Assembly: GCA_963665235.2 (NCBI GenBank)
Contig: CAXXLX010000001.1
Location: 256,001 to 320,000, forward strand
Source: Candidatus Poribacteria bacterium
GTDB lineage: Bacteria; Poribacteria; WGA-4E; WGA-3G
Direction of reading: 5' to 3'
DNA length: 64,000 bases
Part shown: positions 29,068 to 38,489 of the stretch, piece by piece
How positions within the stretch are numbered: the stretch's first letter is position 1
How the letters are laid out: each line of letters begins with the position of its first letter
Program-made: the position numbers and the translations under genes
Notes under the pieces: model-generated
The model's database searches: none
Seen by the model: only the letters and a program-made list of their open reading frames with translations
What the model was told of the DNA's origin: nothing

Positions 29068-29739
29068 TTATTTGTTGCCCATTTTTAGATGGCCCCAGGT
29101 GGTTGCTAATTTTGACCTCGGGTCAACAGCACGTGGTGTACCAAACATTCCATCTGGGTCGAAATTCTCTGGCGGTTCGATGGTACTAAACCAGACGCGA
29201 TTAATCCAAATTGGGCCTTTGCCGTGGGAGGTAAATCGGAAGTCGGAGCCGTTTGCACGATTTTCAAAACGGCCGTCTTTGATTACCCAGATGTGAACAC
29301 GCCATGTATCTGTTCCTTCAGGTTTCAGAACAGGAAATGCACCATCTCCCGCACCACGGAACGCCCCATTAACAGGACCGGCACCGTTACTGTCGTATTG
29401 ACAATTAATTTCCTCCGCCTCGTCAGAGTCGAAATATTCCATGACAATCCAAGCCTCATGGTTTCCGCCAAACAGAAATGCATCATCAATCTTAAAATAC
29501 ATGTGGTTATGTCCCGGGCCGCCATAGGGCCAGGGGTTTTCCAAGCAGTCTACCTTATCCTTCACAGCTGGTTCTGTGACACCATCTCCCTGTTCGCTTT
29601 GGGTGAGTAAGACACCTTCGCTCTCCTTACCGAGGTCTACCCAGATGAAGTTTTCGCCTTCTATGGGCTCCGCTGCGGCAGAGGCTCCGAGTGAAATCAG
29701 TATGCATTGAATCAAAATGAGTATTGTCCATTTAACCAT
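29068..29739 (-). CDS. Secreted beta-rich hypothetical protein with C-terminal KLATTWGHLK tag
   Basis: Signal peptide; aromatic-rich MYFKIDD/EYFD/DFRF core suggests a carbohydrate-binding fold. Confidence 0.7.
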   Translation of the reverse strand: MVKWTILILIQCILISLGASAAAEPIEGENFIWVDLGKESEGVLLTQSEQGDGVTEPAVKDKVDCLENPWPYGGPGHNHMYFKIDDAFLFGGNHEAWIVMEYFDSDEAEEINCQYDSNGAGPVNGAFRGAGDGAFPVLKPEGTDTWRVHIWVIKDGRFENRANGSDFRFTSHGKGPIWINRVWFSTIEPPENFDPDGMFGTPRAVDPRSKLATTWGHLKMGNK

Positions 29740-29818
29740 TGTTTTGCTCCTTTAAAATTTGCGTGGGATTCACGCACTATTGTAAACGGGGTTTGAAACC
29801 ACGCCTAACGGAGTGTGG

Positions 29819-30820
29819 CTACTCCCATGGCAATGGCACGCCGAGTCTTTCACTTGCAGCACGGGCGGATGCCTGTTCCATCTCACCGTAGCGGATACCT
29901 TCACGACGGTGCTGGACTGTTCGTTCCGCTTCAATTGCACCGGGGAGCAGTGCCTGCTCGGTCCCCGGCATCGGTTCGTAGGTTTCTCGAACATCCCGTA
30001 CCATCCGATCGACCTCGGCATGGAACAGGGCAGGAGGTACAACGGATTCAATGTGTATTGCAAGGACCATCCCGCCCATGTAAGCCCCTTTCCATTTGGC
30101 ACTGTCCTCCGGTGGGGGTTCAGTGAAACCGGTTAGCGCGCCGCCAAGCAAGCTTGCAATGGCTGTATACCCGATGCTCTTAAAAAACGCAGCGGGAATG
30201 ACCGAAAGCAGCTCATCAAACTCGGGCCCGCGTTGGTAATCCGCCATAATGCAAGTCGCCGCGTCAAGCACGACCGGCGGTTCATCGCCTGATGGAATAG
30301 CGAAACAGATAGGCGGATTGCCGTAATACCCGAGCTGCGGCTTTGTGTCTCTATTTCCAGCATTCCCCTGATTCTGATACCCCTGCACAGAGAAACCGAT
30401 GCACCCAGATTCATTACAAAGACGCGCATAATGCCCCGCTGACCCGTAATGTCCTATGTAACGCACAAGCCCCATGCCGATACCGCCCGATTTTGCCTTA
30501 GCGATAGCGTGTTCCGTAGCACGGACCATCGGCAGATAACCGAGCGTCCCGTTGCCATCAAGCACGACAGATGTCGCTGTTTCATGGATAACGCGTATAT
30601 CGGGACGCGTGTTATAACTACCATTTTCAAAGCCGCTGCAGTACCCACTGAGCGTCCGGGTGCCGTGACTACGGACACCCCGCAAATCGGAATTGACAAG
30701 CAACCGACTAATGAGTGCAGCATGTTCGTGTGTGATACCCGCTTTTTCAAAACAGGCAGTGCTGAAGTTAAGAAGTCGTTCTTCATCTACGCGGATAAAC
30801 GCTTCTGGTGGTCGATTCAT
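29819..30820 (-). CDS. Ldh_2 family (malate/L-lactate/sulfolactate dehydrogenase-like) oxidoreductase
   Basis: DLRGVRSHG, HYGSAGHY, GNPPICFAIP, LLPG. Confidence 0.88.
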   Translation of the reverse strand: MNRPPEAFIRVDEERLLNFSTACFEKAGITHEHAALISRLLVNSDLRGVRSHGTRTLSGYCSGFENGSYNTRPDIRVIHETATSVVLDGNGTLGYLPMVRATEHAIAKAKSGGIGMGLVRYIGHYGSAGHYARLCNESGCIGFSVQGYQNQGNAGNRDTKPQLGYYGNPPICFAIPSGDEPPVVLDAATCIMADYQRGPEFDELLSVIPAAFFKSIGYTAIASLLGGALTGFTEPPPEDSAKWKGAYMGGMVLAIHIESVVPPALFHAEVDRMVRDVRETYEPMPGTEQALLPGAIEAERTVQHRREGIRYGEMEQASARAASERLGVPLPWE

Positions 30821-30841
30821 GTTTACCTCCTATCTTTGCTG

Positions 30842-31729
30842 CTATGACCAGCATGTTAAATCTTTCTCTAATAATTCCGCTAACTGTTGATTAAAAGGTT
30901 TAAAGTAGTGCTCTAATTCCTCACGCGTTTCTGGATTCAGGGGTGGCGGCGTAAACGGTTTATCGTTCCAACTGAGCACGGCATTTCTCAACTTATGTGC
31001 TGCAGCATCCGGCACCAGCTTCCGAATTGCACGGCGCAGTGGATTGTGAGATGCCAGAAATTGCGTAAATAGATAGTTGAACCGTTCGGACCGGGGCATC
31101 GCTGCTTCGTTGTGTCGCTGTGCCACCCGCGGCTCAAAATCGTCCCGAACTCCAAGCAGATTAAAGAGCTGTTGACAAACAGACTGGGCATTCACTTTTA
31201 ATTCGTCCGTTAAAATACAGTGAACCTGGGCAACTCCAAATTGTGCTATCAAATTCTTGACATGCGGATAGTAAGTGCTGTTGTAGCGATAAAGGCACTG
31301 CCGCCATTTAAACCAATTTTCCTGTAACCTTGCTGTCTCTGAAGCGAGCGCGTCCTCAAACACTTTGATAGACTCCCAACCGCGCCGCCGGGCCCACCAA
31401 TACGCAGAGTACGCACGCGACACAGGCTCGCGTAACAGCACAACAAGATGTATCTCCGGATTGTGTTCATAAATGCGTTGCATAACCTCAGGTGAATGCA
31501 TTACCATCACATTTTTGGCAATCAGCTTTTTATCCGCTGGACACCCGGAGAAATACTTCGCAAAGGCAGATTCATACCCCCGGGTGTATTCATGCTCTTG
31601 AAGGAAAAAAGTCATCTCCGATTGCGGGTGCGTGTGAATGTCTGGATGTTGTGCTAAATAGCGCAGCAACGAAGATGTACCCGACTTTTGCGCCCCCACA
31701 ATCATAAGTTGAATTGATGTATTGACCAA
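30842..31729 (-). CDS. Sulfotransferase (heparan-sulfate sulfotransferase-like fold)
   Basis: IVGAQKSGTSSL, HPDI, LREPVSRAYS, FKPFNQQLAELL. Confidence 0.9.
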   Translation of the reverse strand: MVNTSIQLMIVGAQKSGTSSLLRYLAQHPDIHTHPQSEMTFFLQEHEYTRGYESAFAKYFSGCPADKKLIAKNVMVMHSPEVMQRIYEHNPEIHLVVLLREPVSRAYSAYWWARRRGWESIKVFEDALASETARLQENWFKWRQCLYRYNSTYYPHVKNLIAQFGVAQVHCILTDELKVNAQSVCQQLFNLLGVRDDFEPRVAQRHNEAAMPRSERFNYLFTQFLASHNPLRRAIRKLVPDAAAHKLRNAVLSWNDKPFTPPPLNPETREELEHYFKPFNQQLAELLEKDLTCWS

Positions 31730-31786
31730 TTTTTTAATGTTTCCTTAATATCAACCTCGCCAAAAACTCGCCTACAACAACAGCAT

Positions 31787-32764
31787 TTATGATTCAAATT
31801 TCCACGGCGGCGTTTTCCCAATTAAGTCGGATAGATGCTGAACATCGCTCCTATAATAACTCACCAAGCGGGCTCGCATCTCCTCTGATACTTGAATATC
31901 CTCGGAAGGCGAAGTGTTTAAGCGGAGATAGAGCGGTTCAATTGCGCGTCTCACGAACCGTAGCGGGTTGTGAATTATCGGTTTGTCATGTGTCCACTGC
32001 CGTAGCCGAAACCGAAAATCTCTATATTTTTTATGAAATTCCGAACTTCTCATCGTCTCTGTCCTATTTGTAACATTAAAGGTATAATCCTTGTAGAAAT
32101 CGGCATCTATCCCCGCAAATTGACAGAGTGCAGAGAGCACTTCCGCTGGTTGTGTAGCAAGGTCTTCATAAAAGAGGATATGGAGCTGCGTTGGCGCGAA
32201 TCGTTTAAAATAACGCGACAGATAACGAGCATAACATCCCTGCTCAAGGGCCCGGAAGTGCTGTTCGTTTCGGGAGTGTTCAACTTGACCTACACCATCT
32301 ATCTTTTCCGGGGTTATCGCATCGAAAAGCATTTGACAGTACCCATCAAAATTAAGGTTTTGTGGCAATTTCCCTATCTGTTTTGCGAATCGGTACCACG
32401 AAATTAATCGTGAAATCGGTTCGCGAAGACTAAAAACCAGTTTCGCGTGCGGTAAAAAGGTGGCGATTCTCTCAAGCGCGTGAGGACAGTAGAGATAATC
32501 TGGTGTCGACTCCATACGCAGTTGGGTCTCCTCGGCGTTCGGAAATAGGACGTGATAAGTTTCCGCGTCATCTTTATACCGATATTTTGAGGGCAACGGA
32601 TAATCGCTGCTGAGAAAAAAACGGGTCTCCTTGTAGGTAGCGGGACAAATCGCCGGATGGTCGGCAAGGTAAACGAAAAGTGAGGTCGTTGCCGCTTTCG
32701 TAGTACCCCCTACAATGAGATAGTCATAATCCCCTATACTTTCCATTTGTGTTTCCTCTGACAA
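31787..32764 (-). CDS. Sulfotransferase (heparan-sulfate sulfotransferase-like fold)
   Basis: GGTTKAATTSL, KETRFF, ESTPDY, LREPISRLIS. Confidence 0.9.
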   Translation of the reverse strand: MSEETQMESIGDYDYLIVGGTTKAATTSLFVYLADHPAICPATYKETRFFLSSDYPLPSKYRYKDDAETYHVLFPNAEETQLRMESTPDYLYCPHALERIATFLPHAKLVFSLREPISRLISWYRFAKQIGKLPQNLNFDGYCQMLFDAITPEKIDGVGQVEHSRNEQHFRALEQGCYARYLSRYFKRFAPTQLHILFYEDLATQPAEVLSALCQFAGIDADFYKDYTFNVTNRTETMRSSEFHKKYRDFRFRLRQWTHDKPIIHNPLRFVRRAIEPLYLRLNTSPSEDIQVSEEMRARLVSYYRSDVQHLSDLIGKTPPWKFES

Positions 32765-32778
32765 ATAGCTTTAGCAAC

Positions 32779-34086
32779 CTAAATCCAAGAAACGCGCGTC
32801 TTTCGGAGAAGATACGTCAGATTTCCAACAGCAAGGAGCGCAGTAACTGATGTCGCCATAGCAACCCCGAAGAGCCACAACGGACCTAGCAGTGCATAAG
32901 CCACAATAACATTTAGAACAGCCATTGTCACCATATTCACGAACACGAGTCGGTACGCCTTTTGTGCATAGAGCCCCGCATTCAGCACGGGTATTAGACA
33001 CGAAAAGAGTAAACCAGTGCTAAGCCAAAAGAGGAGTTGTCCTATCACTTCAGTTGTGCCCTGTCCAAGGTGTCCGTACAGGAGCCCACAGATTTGCTTA
33101 TGAAATATTAGCAGAACAAGGGTTGTCGGAAATCCGAGGCAGATTGCGGTGCGTGCATTTCGCTTCAGTGTTTCTCCTAATTTCTGTTTATCGTTTGCAG
33201 CATCGTGCGTTGCAAGGTCTGGCAACCCTGTTGTCGCTATGCTGATACCGATGAGTGTCTGTAACGCGGAGAAGATCCGAAAGGCATAGTCATACCGTGC
33301 AATCGCACCTGTTCCGAGTTGTGCAACTATGTAGAGCTCAACCAGCAAGCGGTTCGCACCCTGCCGAATTGCGAATCCGAGGGTCGGTAACGTAACGGTA
33401 TCTTTCAAAGAACGTAGCACCTCCATAGAGATGCCTGTAAACTGATATCGGTGTCCCGTTCGATAAGTTCCGATGTACAACCAAGCAAAGTATGCAACAA
33501 AACCGCCTGTGTATGCCATGGCTATCCAATTTTGTAGGTTTTCTGTCCGCCATAGCAGCAAAAATGCTGCGGCTGCCATGCCCGCGGGGAGGGCATTGCG
33601 GAGCGCAACCGTTTTAAAATGCTGCCGACTGTTGAGGAATGCCCCAAGCACTGTACTACCACATCCGAAGATAAGCAGCGGTGCACAAAATCGCAACAGG
33701 GTCGACTCCATTTTCACGTTAAGTGTTGACTTCCCTAATAAACCTCCTGCTATCCAAGGCGCGAAAAACGTAATCAGGATAAAAACTCCAAAACCGATAG
33801 CAAGCAGAAGATTAAGGAGGCCATTGGTGAAACGCTGGTACGCTATGTCAGACATCTCCTTTTGGCGCATCACAAAGAGCGGCACAAGACTAAATTTGGC
33901 TCCTTCCCGGACAACGGTGTCAAATAGAAGGACAACTTTCAAGGCGGTCACGAGCGCATCCGCTGTCCAGCTATCCCCAAACCGCTTCGGAAGCAAGAAG
34001 GCACGGACTATAAGACTCAAAGCCATCCCTGCAAAGGTTATCACCATCACCCAAAACGTCTTGCGCTGCAAAAGTCTTTGAATCAT
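32779..34086 (-). CDS. MurJ/MviN-like lipid-linked glycan flippase
   Basis: Multi-TM MOP-type; RFG..ADA, YAFRIF, GVAMATS; start set at ATG 34086 with GGAGG. Confidence 0.8.
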   Translation of the reverse strand: MIQRLLQRKTFWVMVITFAGMALSLIVRAFLLPKRFGDSWTADALVTALKVVLLFDTVVREGAKFSLVPLFVMRQKEMSDIAYQRFTNGLLNLLLAIGFGVFILITFFAPWIAGGLLGKSTLNVKMESTLLRFCAPLLIFGCGSTVLGAFLNSRQHFKTVALRNALPAGMAAAAFLLLWRTENLQNWIAMAYTGGFVAYFAWLYIGTYRTGHRYQFTGISMEVLRSLKDTVTLPTLGFAIRQGANRLLVELYIVAQLGTGAIARYDYAFRIFSALQTLIGISIATTGLPDLATHDAANDKQKLGETLKRNARTAICLGFPTTLVLLIFHKQICGLLYGHLGQGTTEVIGQLLFWLSTGLLFSCLIPVLNAGLYAQKAYRLVFVNMVTMAVLNVIVAYALLGPLWLFGVAMATSVTALLAVGNLTYLLRKTRVSWI

Positions 34087-34157
34087 GAGGCCTCCGCTCG
34101 CCGCTCGTAGTAGGGAAACCATTCATTGCCTGTCTATTGCGGAATGTCCCTACTATC

Positions 34158-35174
34158 TTACCAGCCTTCGGGCAGATTTTTTTCAATTTCAATCTCACTA
34201 AACACAGTTGCTGGACGCGGCCCGATAGATTTTGCCCACGCTGCCATTCTACTTAACCCTTCAGGAAGCGAAACCTGTGAGGTTGTTCCAAAAACCTTGT
34301 GGAACTTCTCATGTGTACAATAGGCATGCTTCACCTCGGCTCTCTCGCGAAGATGCTTTATGGGCACTTCCTTTCCCATCGCCTCCATGACTAAAGTTGC
34401 TAACGTTTTCACGGAGACATGTTTGTCGGAACCGAGGTTAAAAATCTCACATGCAGCTTCGGGTATATCTACGCAGCGGGCAATATGGGGCGCGACATCG
34501 GCTATATGCGTAAACGCACGGGTCTGTTCACCATCGCCGAAAATAATCAAAGGCTCATCTACCATAATTTTGTTCATGAAGATACCGATGACGTTTCGAT
34601 ATTTATCGCTAATGTTCTGCAGCTCTCCGTAGACATTATGCGGACGAAAAATGGTGTAATCCAAGTCAAATAGCCGTTTCGAAACGATAAGCTCCTGTTC
34701 AACCGCGTATTTCGCAATGCCGTACGAATCTTCAGGCATCGGCGTGAGCTCTTCATGCATCGGCAGTTGATTCTCGCCATAAACAGCAATAGAAGAGGTG
34801 AACACAAAACGCTTGACGTTGTAATTTACGGCAGCATTAATCAGATTGACACTTCCAATCAGATTATTTTGATAGTTAAATCGCTTGATAAAGTGGCTAA
34901 GTCCCTCCGCCGCATAAGCAGCGAGGTGATAGATATAATCAAATTGATATTGCTCACAGAGCTGATTTATCAACGATACATCAAGGATGCTGCCCTCAAC
35001 GAACGTTGCCGCGGGGTTGACGTTTTCTATAAACCCCCCACTTTTATCATCAAGCACAACAACTTTATGGGTGTCCTCACGAAGTAATTCGTTTACAACG
35101 TGGGCCCCCATAAAACCTGCACCCCCAGTAACCAATGAAGTTTTTAATATTTCCTTGCGGTTTGATAAGGACAT
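34158..35174 (-). CDS. NAD-dependent nucleotide-sugar epimerase/dehydratase
   Basis: VTGGAGFMG, YGIAK (YxxxK), RPHNVYG, GDGEQTRAF. Confidence 0.93.
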   Translation of the reverse strand: MSLSNRKEILKTSLVTGGAGFMGAHVVNELLREDTHKVVVLDDKSGGFIENVNPAATFVEGSILDVSLINQLCEQYQFDYIYHLAAYAAEGLSHFIKRFNYQNNLIGSVNLINAAVNYNVKRFVFTSSIAVYGENQLPMHEELTPMPEDSYGIAKYAVEQELIVSKRLFDLDYTIFRPHNVYGELQNISDKYRNVIGIFMNKIMVDEPLIIFGDGEQTRAFTHIADVAPHIARCVDIPEAACEIFNLGSDKHVSVKTLATLVMEAMGKEVPIKHLRERAEVKHAYCTHEKFHKVFGTTSQVSLPEGLSRMAAWAKSIGPRPATVFSEIEIEKNLPEGW

Positions 35175-35707
35175 AAGTAAGAAAAAGGTCTCCTCCCATA
35201 TACCCAGCCCGGCACGTTGTTTGGGCTTACATATCTTTTATATTTCCTTGCGGAGATTTGATGGAAAATACACTCCCCATATATTCAACCCGGCACGGCG
35301 TTCGAGTTTCTATATTTCCTTGCGGTTTGATAAGGACATAAGTAAGAAAAAGGTCTCCTCCCATATATCCAGTCCAGCACGTTGTTTGGACTTACATATC
35401 TTTTATATTTCCTTGCGGAGATTTGATGGAAAATACACTCCCCATATATTCAACCCGGCACGGCGTTCGAGTTTCTATATTTCCTTGCGGTTTGATAAGG
35501 ACATAAGTAAGAAAAAGGTCTCCTCCCATATATCCAGTCCAGCACGTTGTTTGGACTTACATATCTTTTATATTTCCTTGCGGAGATTTGATGGAAAATA
35601 CACTCCCCATATATTCAACCCGGCACGGCGTTCGAGTTTCTATATTTCCTTGCGGTTTGATAAGGACATAAGTAAGAAAAAGGTCTCCTCCCATATATCC
35701 AGTCCAG
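35148..35707. repeat. 165-bp tandem repeat, about 3.4 copies, each made of related 93-bp and 72-bp subunits
   Basis: TATTTCCTTGCGGTTTGATAAGGACAT starts at 35148, 35313, 35478, 35643; TATTTCCTTGCGGAGA at 35241, 35406, 35571. Confidence 0.95.
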
Positions 35708-35717
35708 TTCAAATATT

Positions 35718-38441
35718 TCACTTCAGAACTACGAGACGTCTGGTTCGTTTGAAAGCTGGGGTTACCAATTCATAGATATAAACCCCACTTGCCACGGCTT
35801 CCCCAAATTCATTCCGACCATCCCAATAGGCGGCTCTGTTTCGGGTCATGTAATATCCCGCGGTCTGATGCCCAGAAAAAAGTGTTCGCACAATTTTGCC
35901 AGCTGTGTCATAGATACGGATTGTAATTTTAGCATCTACCTCGAGCTGATACGGTATCCAGGTCTCCGGATTAAATGGGTTCGGATAATTCGCATAAAGC
36001 TTCGTTTTTAGAGGCTCATTATCCAGCATCAACAGATTCCTTAAAAAATGTTTCACTAACCTTATTTGTGGCGTGTCGTCAGACAATTCTTCAATTTTTT
36101 CGTAAAAAGATTGGAGAATTGCAATATCCGCATCTGATAACGCGGAAACCTGAGCTGATAGCTGTGCCCGGGAAATCACGCCCACAGAAGACTTGGACAA
36201 GGGTGCCGCCCCCTTATTATGGTTTGTCTGAATAATATTAATAATGTAGGTAACATCATCTAAGTTTACCTGCCCATCCTTATTGGCATCGAATCTTGCT
36301 TCGGTAGGCGGCTCCTCCCCAAAGTGAGACACAACAACAAGCAAATCAAGTATATCTACCTGTCCATCTTTGTTGACATCCCCAGGAACGCGTGTTTGAA
36401 CACCAGCTTCAATGACGTGCAATACCTGGTTCACTGGCACATCTGTTAGTTTTTGAAGGATGCCGCTCGGCCAGTAGATGACCAACTCGCTGACCTTCTC
36501 ATTCTGTGCAAGCCCAAAATGGATACGTTTCTGATCTTGTTGTGCCCAATGGATACCGCCGCCGTTTTCTCGCAGTTGAGTTTTCCCATCAGGGGTTGTT
36601 GCAAAAAGCCTTGCACCGATACCGTCTCGGTTGGAGATAGTGCCCTCTAAATCAATCTGCAGCCAGTTATTCCCGCTTCCAACGTTGCGAAAAAGCTGAT
36701 CAGGGCCTTCGTTAAAGGGATACGCGCCTCTACCGTTGGTAACAAACAGATCAAGGTATCCATCCTTGTCGTAGTCAGCCATTGTGGCACTCTGTCCCTT
36801 ACCTTGTATGCTTCCCTCTGCACCACCGGCTCCCGCTAATTGGACGAAGGTGTCGTTATCCTGATTTTCATAAAGATGATTCGGAAGGTTTCCAGCACTA
36901 TTTGAACGAACGATATAGAGGTCAAGATCCATATCGTTATCAAAGTCTCCTGCAACGACAGAACGACCATCAGAAAATAGATTAGAGTCTGAATCGGATA
37001 GAGCGGAAACACTGAATCCCCGTCCAATATTCTTGACAGTATTGATTAACAGGATTGATTGTGGTCTGTAGGACAGATCGCCACTAGAAAAGTTAATAGG
37101 TGTGATATCTGTTATTGGCTCGGTAGCTTCTATAATACCCTCTAATCCGGTCCAGTTTGTCTGGATAGGTGGTCTGGTATGATATAGCACGGTCCATTTT
37201 TTCGTTTCTGTGTCGTAACCGATATACATTCCGTAGCGTTCGTTATTGGGGCGTTTCGCGAGTCCGGCAACCCTCGGATCTTCAGGGTTTAGAACAAATA
37301 TGAAAGAAGATACGTTCCGGATGGGATCCGTTTGGATAAATTCTCCACTAAACGTTGTCAAATCATGTCCTGCTTCTCCGATTTTTAGATGATAAAGGCG
37401 CGTTGCCCAAACCGAGTAAATTTCAAAATGCACCTCCCCCTCTGTCTTAAAACTGACTCCTTTTTCTCCCATATTAGTTTGTACATTGAGCGTCAGCTTG
37501 TGTGGGGTTTGTATATTAATATAGGAACGGTAGACAGCGCGCGCAAGAAAGATATCAGGATGCAGGTCCCCGTTGAAATCTGCGAAAGAAACATCTTGCA
37601 CACTGTGGCGTTTCGGAATATCTAGCAGTGCTGTTAATTCTTGAAAGGGGGTAACCGAAATATTGTATATTCTGCCCGGATAGGGACTAACATCGACAAT
37701 AAGGTCCAGGTTTCCATCTCCCGTTACATCCGAAAGCTGCGCTAATGAGGCATCCTTTTCAATTTGAAATCCAGAGCGGCTATTCGCAATTTCAAAACCG
37801 AATCCACTTTGCTCAAATAGAGAGGATGCTACCCAATTGCTGCTAGTGCCATCTACAGTAAGAGAGCTGCCTTCATCCCCGCAGCAGAGGGACGCTCCCA
37901 AATTGCCGGTTACATCTGGGCGGGCTCTGCCGGTGAGAATAAGATCAAGTTTTCCATCGCTATTCCAATCCAGCCAAAGGGGGGCTCTGCCGCGCAGAAG
38001 CGGAAAATCGATGCCTAGCTCAGCAGCGCGCTCCGTAAGAATACCGTTTTCATTTACATAGAAATGATTATTGTGTTTAGCGTTTGTCGGATTCGTACCG
38101 CCACCCCCTCCGGAGACAACAATCAAATCTTGGTCCCCATCATTATCAAAATCGGCCCACGCTACCCCATGTGTATCGGTGTCCGGATTCGCATCCCAAA
38201 CCTCGTCAATAATATCTGTAAACGTCCCATCGCGGTTGTTACGATACAAGCTAGGCTTATGCTTATGATTCGTAGCCCATAAATCGAGGTAGCCATCCCC
38301 ATCAAAATCTCCCCAAGCATTTCCCCAACTCTCACCGATACGCGTGATGCCTGCCTGCTGTGAAACTTCTTCAAATTGAATGTCACCCCACGCTATAGAT
38401 AGCAGGCAAAAAATAAACAATGACGTTATTAAAACTCGCAT
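35718..38441 (-). CDS. CRTAC1/ASPIC-UnbV FG-GAP repeat protein with dockerin-like and FlgD-Ig/T9SS-like C-terminal domains
   Basis: Repeated DFDxDGxxDL; SNRDGIGAR...HFGL...WPSG; DVNKDGQVDILD; NYPNPFNPETWIPYQL. Confidence 0.9.
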   Translation of the reverse strand: MRVLITSLFIFCLLSIAWGDIQFEEVSQQAGITRIGESWGNAWGDFDGDGYLDLWATNHKHKPSLYRNNRDGTFTDIIDEVWDANPDTDTHGVAWADFDNDGDQDLIVVSGGGGGTNPTNAKHNNHFYVNENGILTERAAELGIDFPLLRGRAPLWLDWNSDGKLDLILTGRARPDVTGNLGASLCCGDEGSSLTVDGTSSNWVASSLFEQSGFGFEIANSRSGFQIEKDASLAQLSDVTGDGNLDLIVDVSPYPGRIYNISVTPFQELTALLDIPKRHSVQDVSFADFNGDLHPDIFLARAVYRSYINIQTPHKLTLNVQTNMGEKGVSFKTEGEVHFEIYSVWATRLYHLKIGEAGHDLTTFSGEFIQTDPIRNVSSFIFVLNPEDPRVAGLAKRPNNERYGMYIGYDTETKKWTVLYHTRPPIQTNWTGLEGIIEATEPITDITPINFSSGDLSYRPQSILLINTVKNIGRGFSVSALSDSDSNLFSDGRSVVAGDFDNDMDLDLYIVRSNSAGNLPNHLYENQDNDTFVQLAGAGGAEGSIQGKGQSATMADYDKDGYLDLFVTNGRGAYPFNEGPDQLFRNVGSGNNWLQIDLEGTISNRDGIGARLFATTPDGKTQLRENGGGIHWAQQDQKRIHFGLAQNEKVSELVIYWPSGILQKLTDVPVNQVLHVIEAGVQTRVPGDVNKDGQVDILDLLVVVSHFGEEPPTEARFDANKDGQVNLDDVTYIINIIQTNHNKGAAPLSKSSVGVISRAQLSAQVSALSDADIAILQSFYEKIEELSDDTPQIRLVKHFLRNLLMLDNEPLKTKLYANYPNPFNPETWIPYQLEVDAKITIRIYDTAGKIVRTLFSGHQTAGYYMTRNRAAYWDGRNEFGEAVASGVYIYELVTPAFKRTRRLVVLK

Positions 38442-38489
38442 TTTTCTCCTCGCCTAGAAAGATGTAGTACGACTTTGGCGTGATTTTCG

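Noticed and set aside
35148-35707. CRISPR array
   Set aside because: The intervening sequences are themselves repeated rather than unique spacers, the period is 165 bp and no cas genes are present.
34987-35775. 262-aa plus-strand ORF across the repeat
   Set aside because: Stays open because the unit length is a multiple of 3; it is antisense to two real genes and has no clear RBS.
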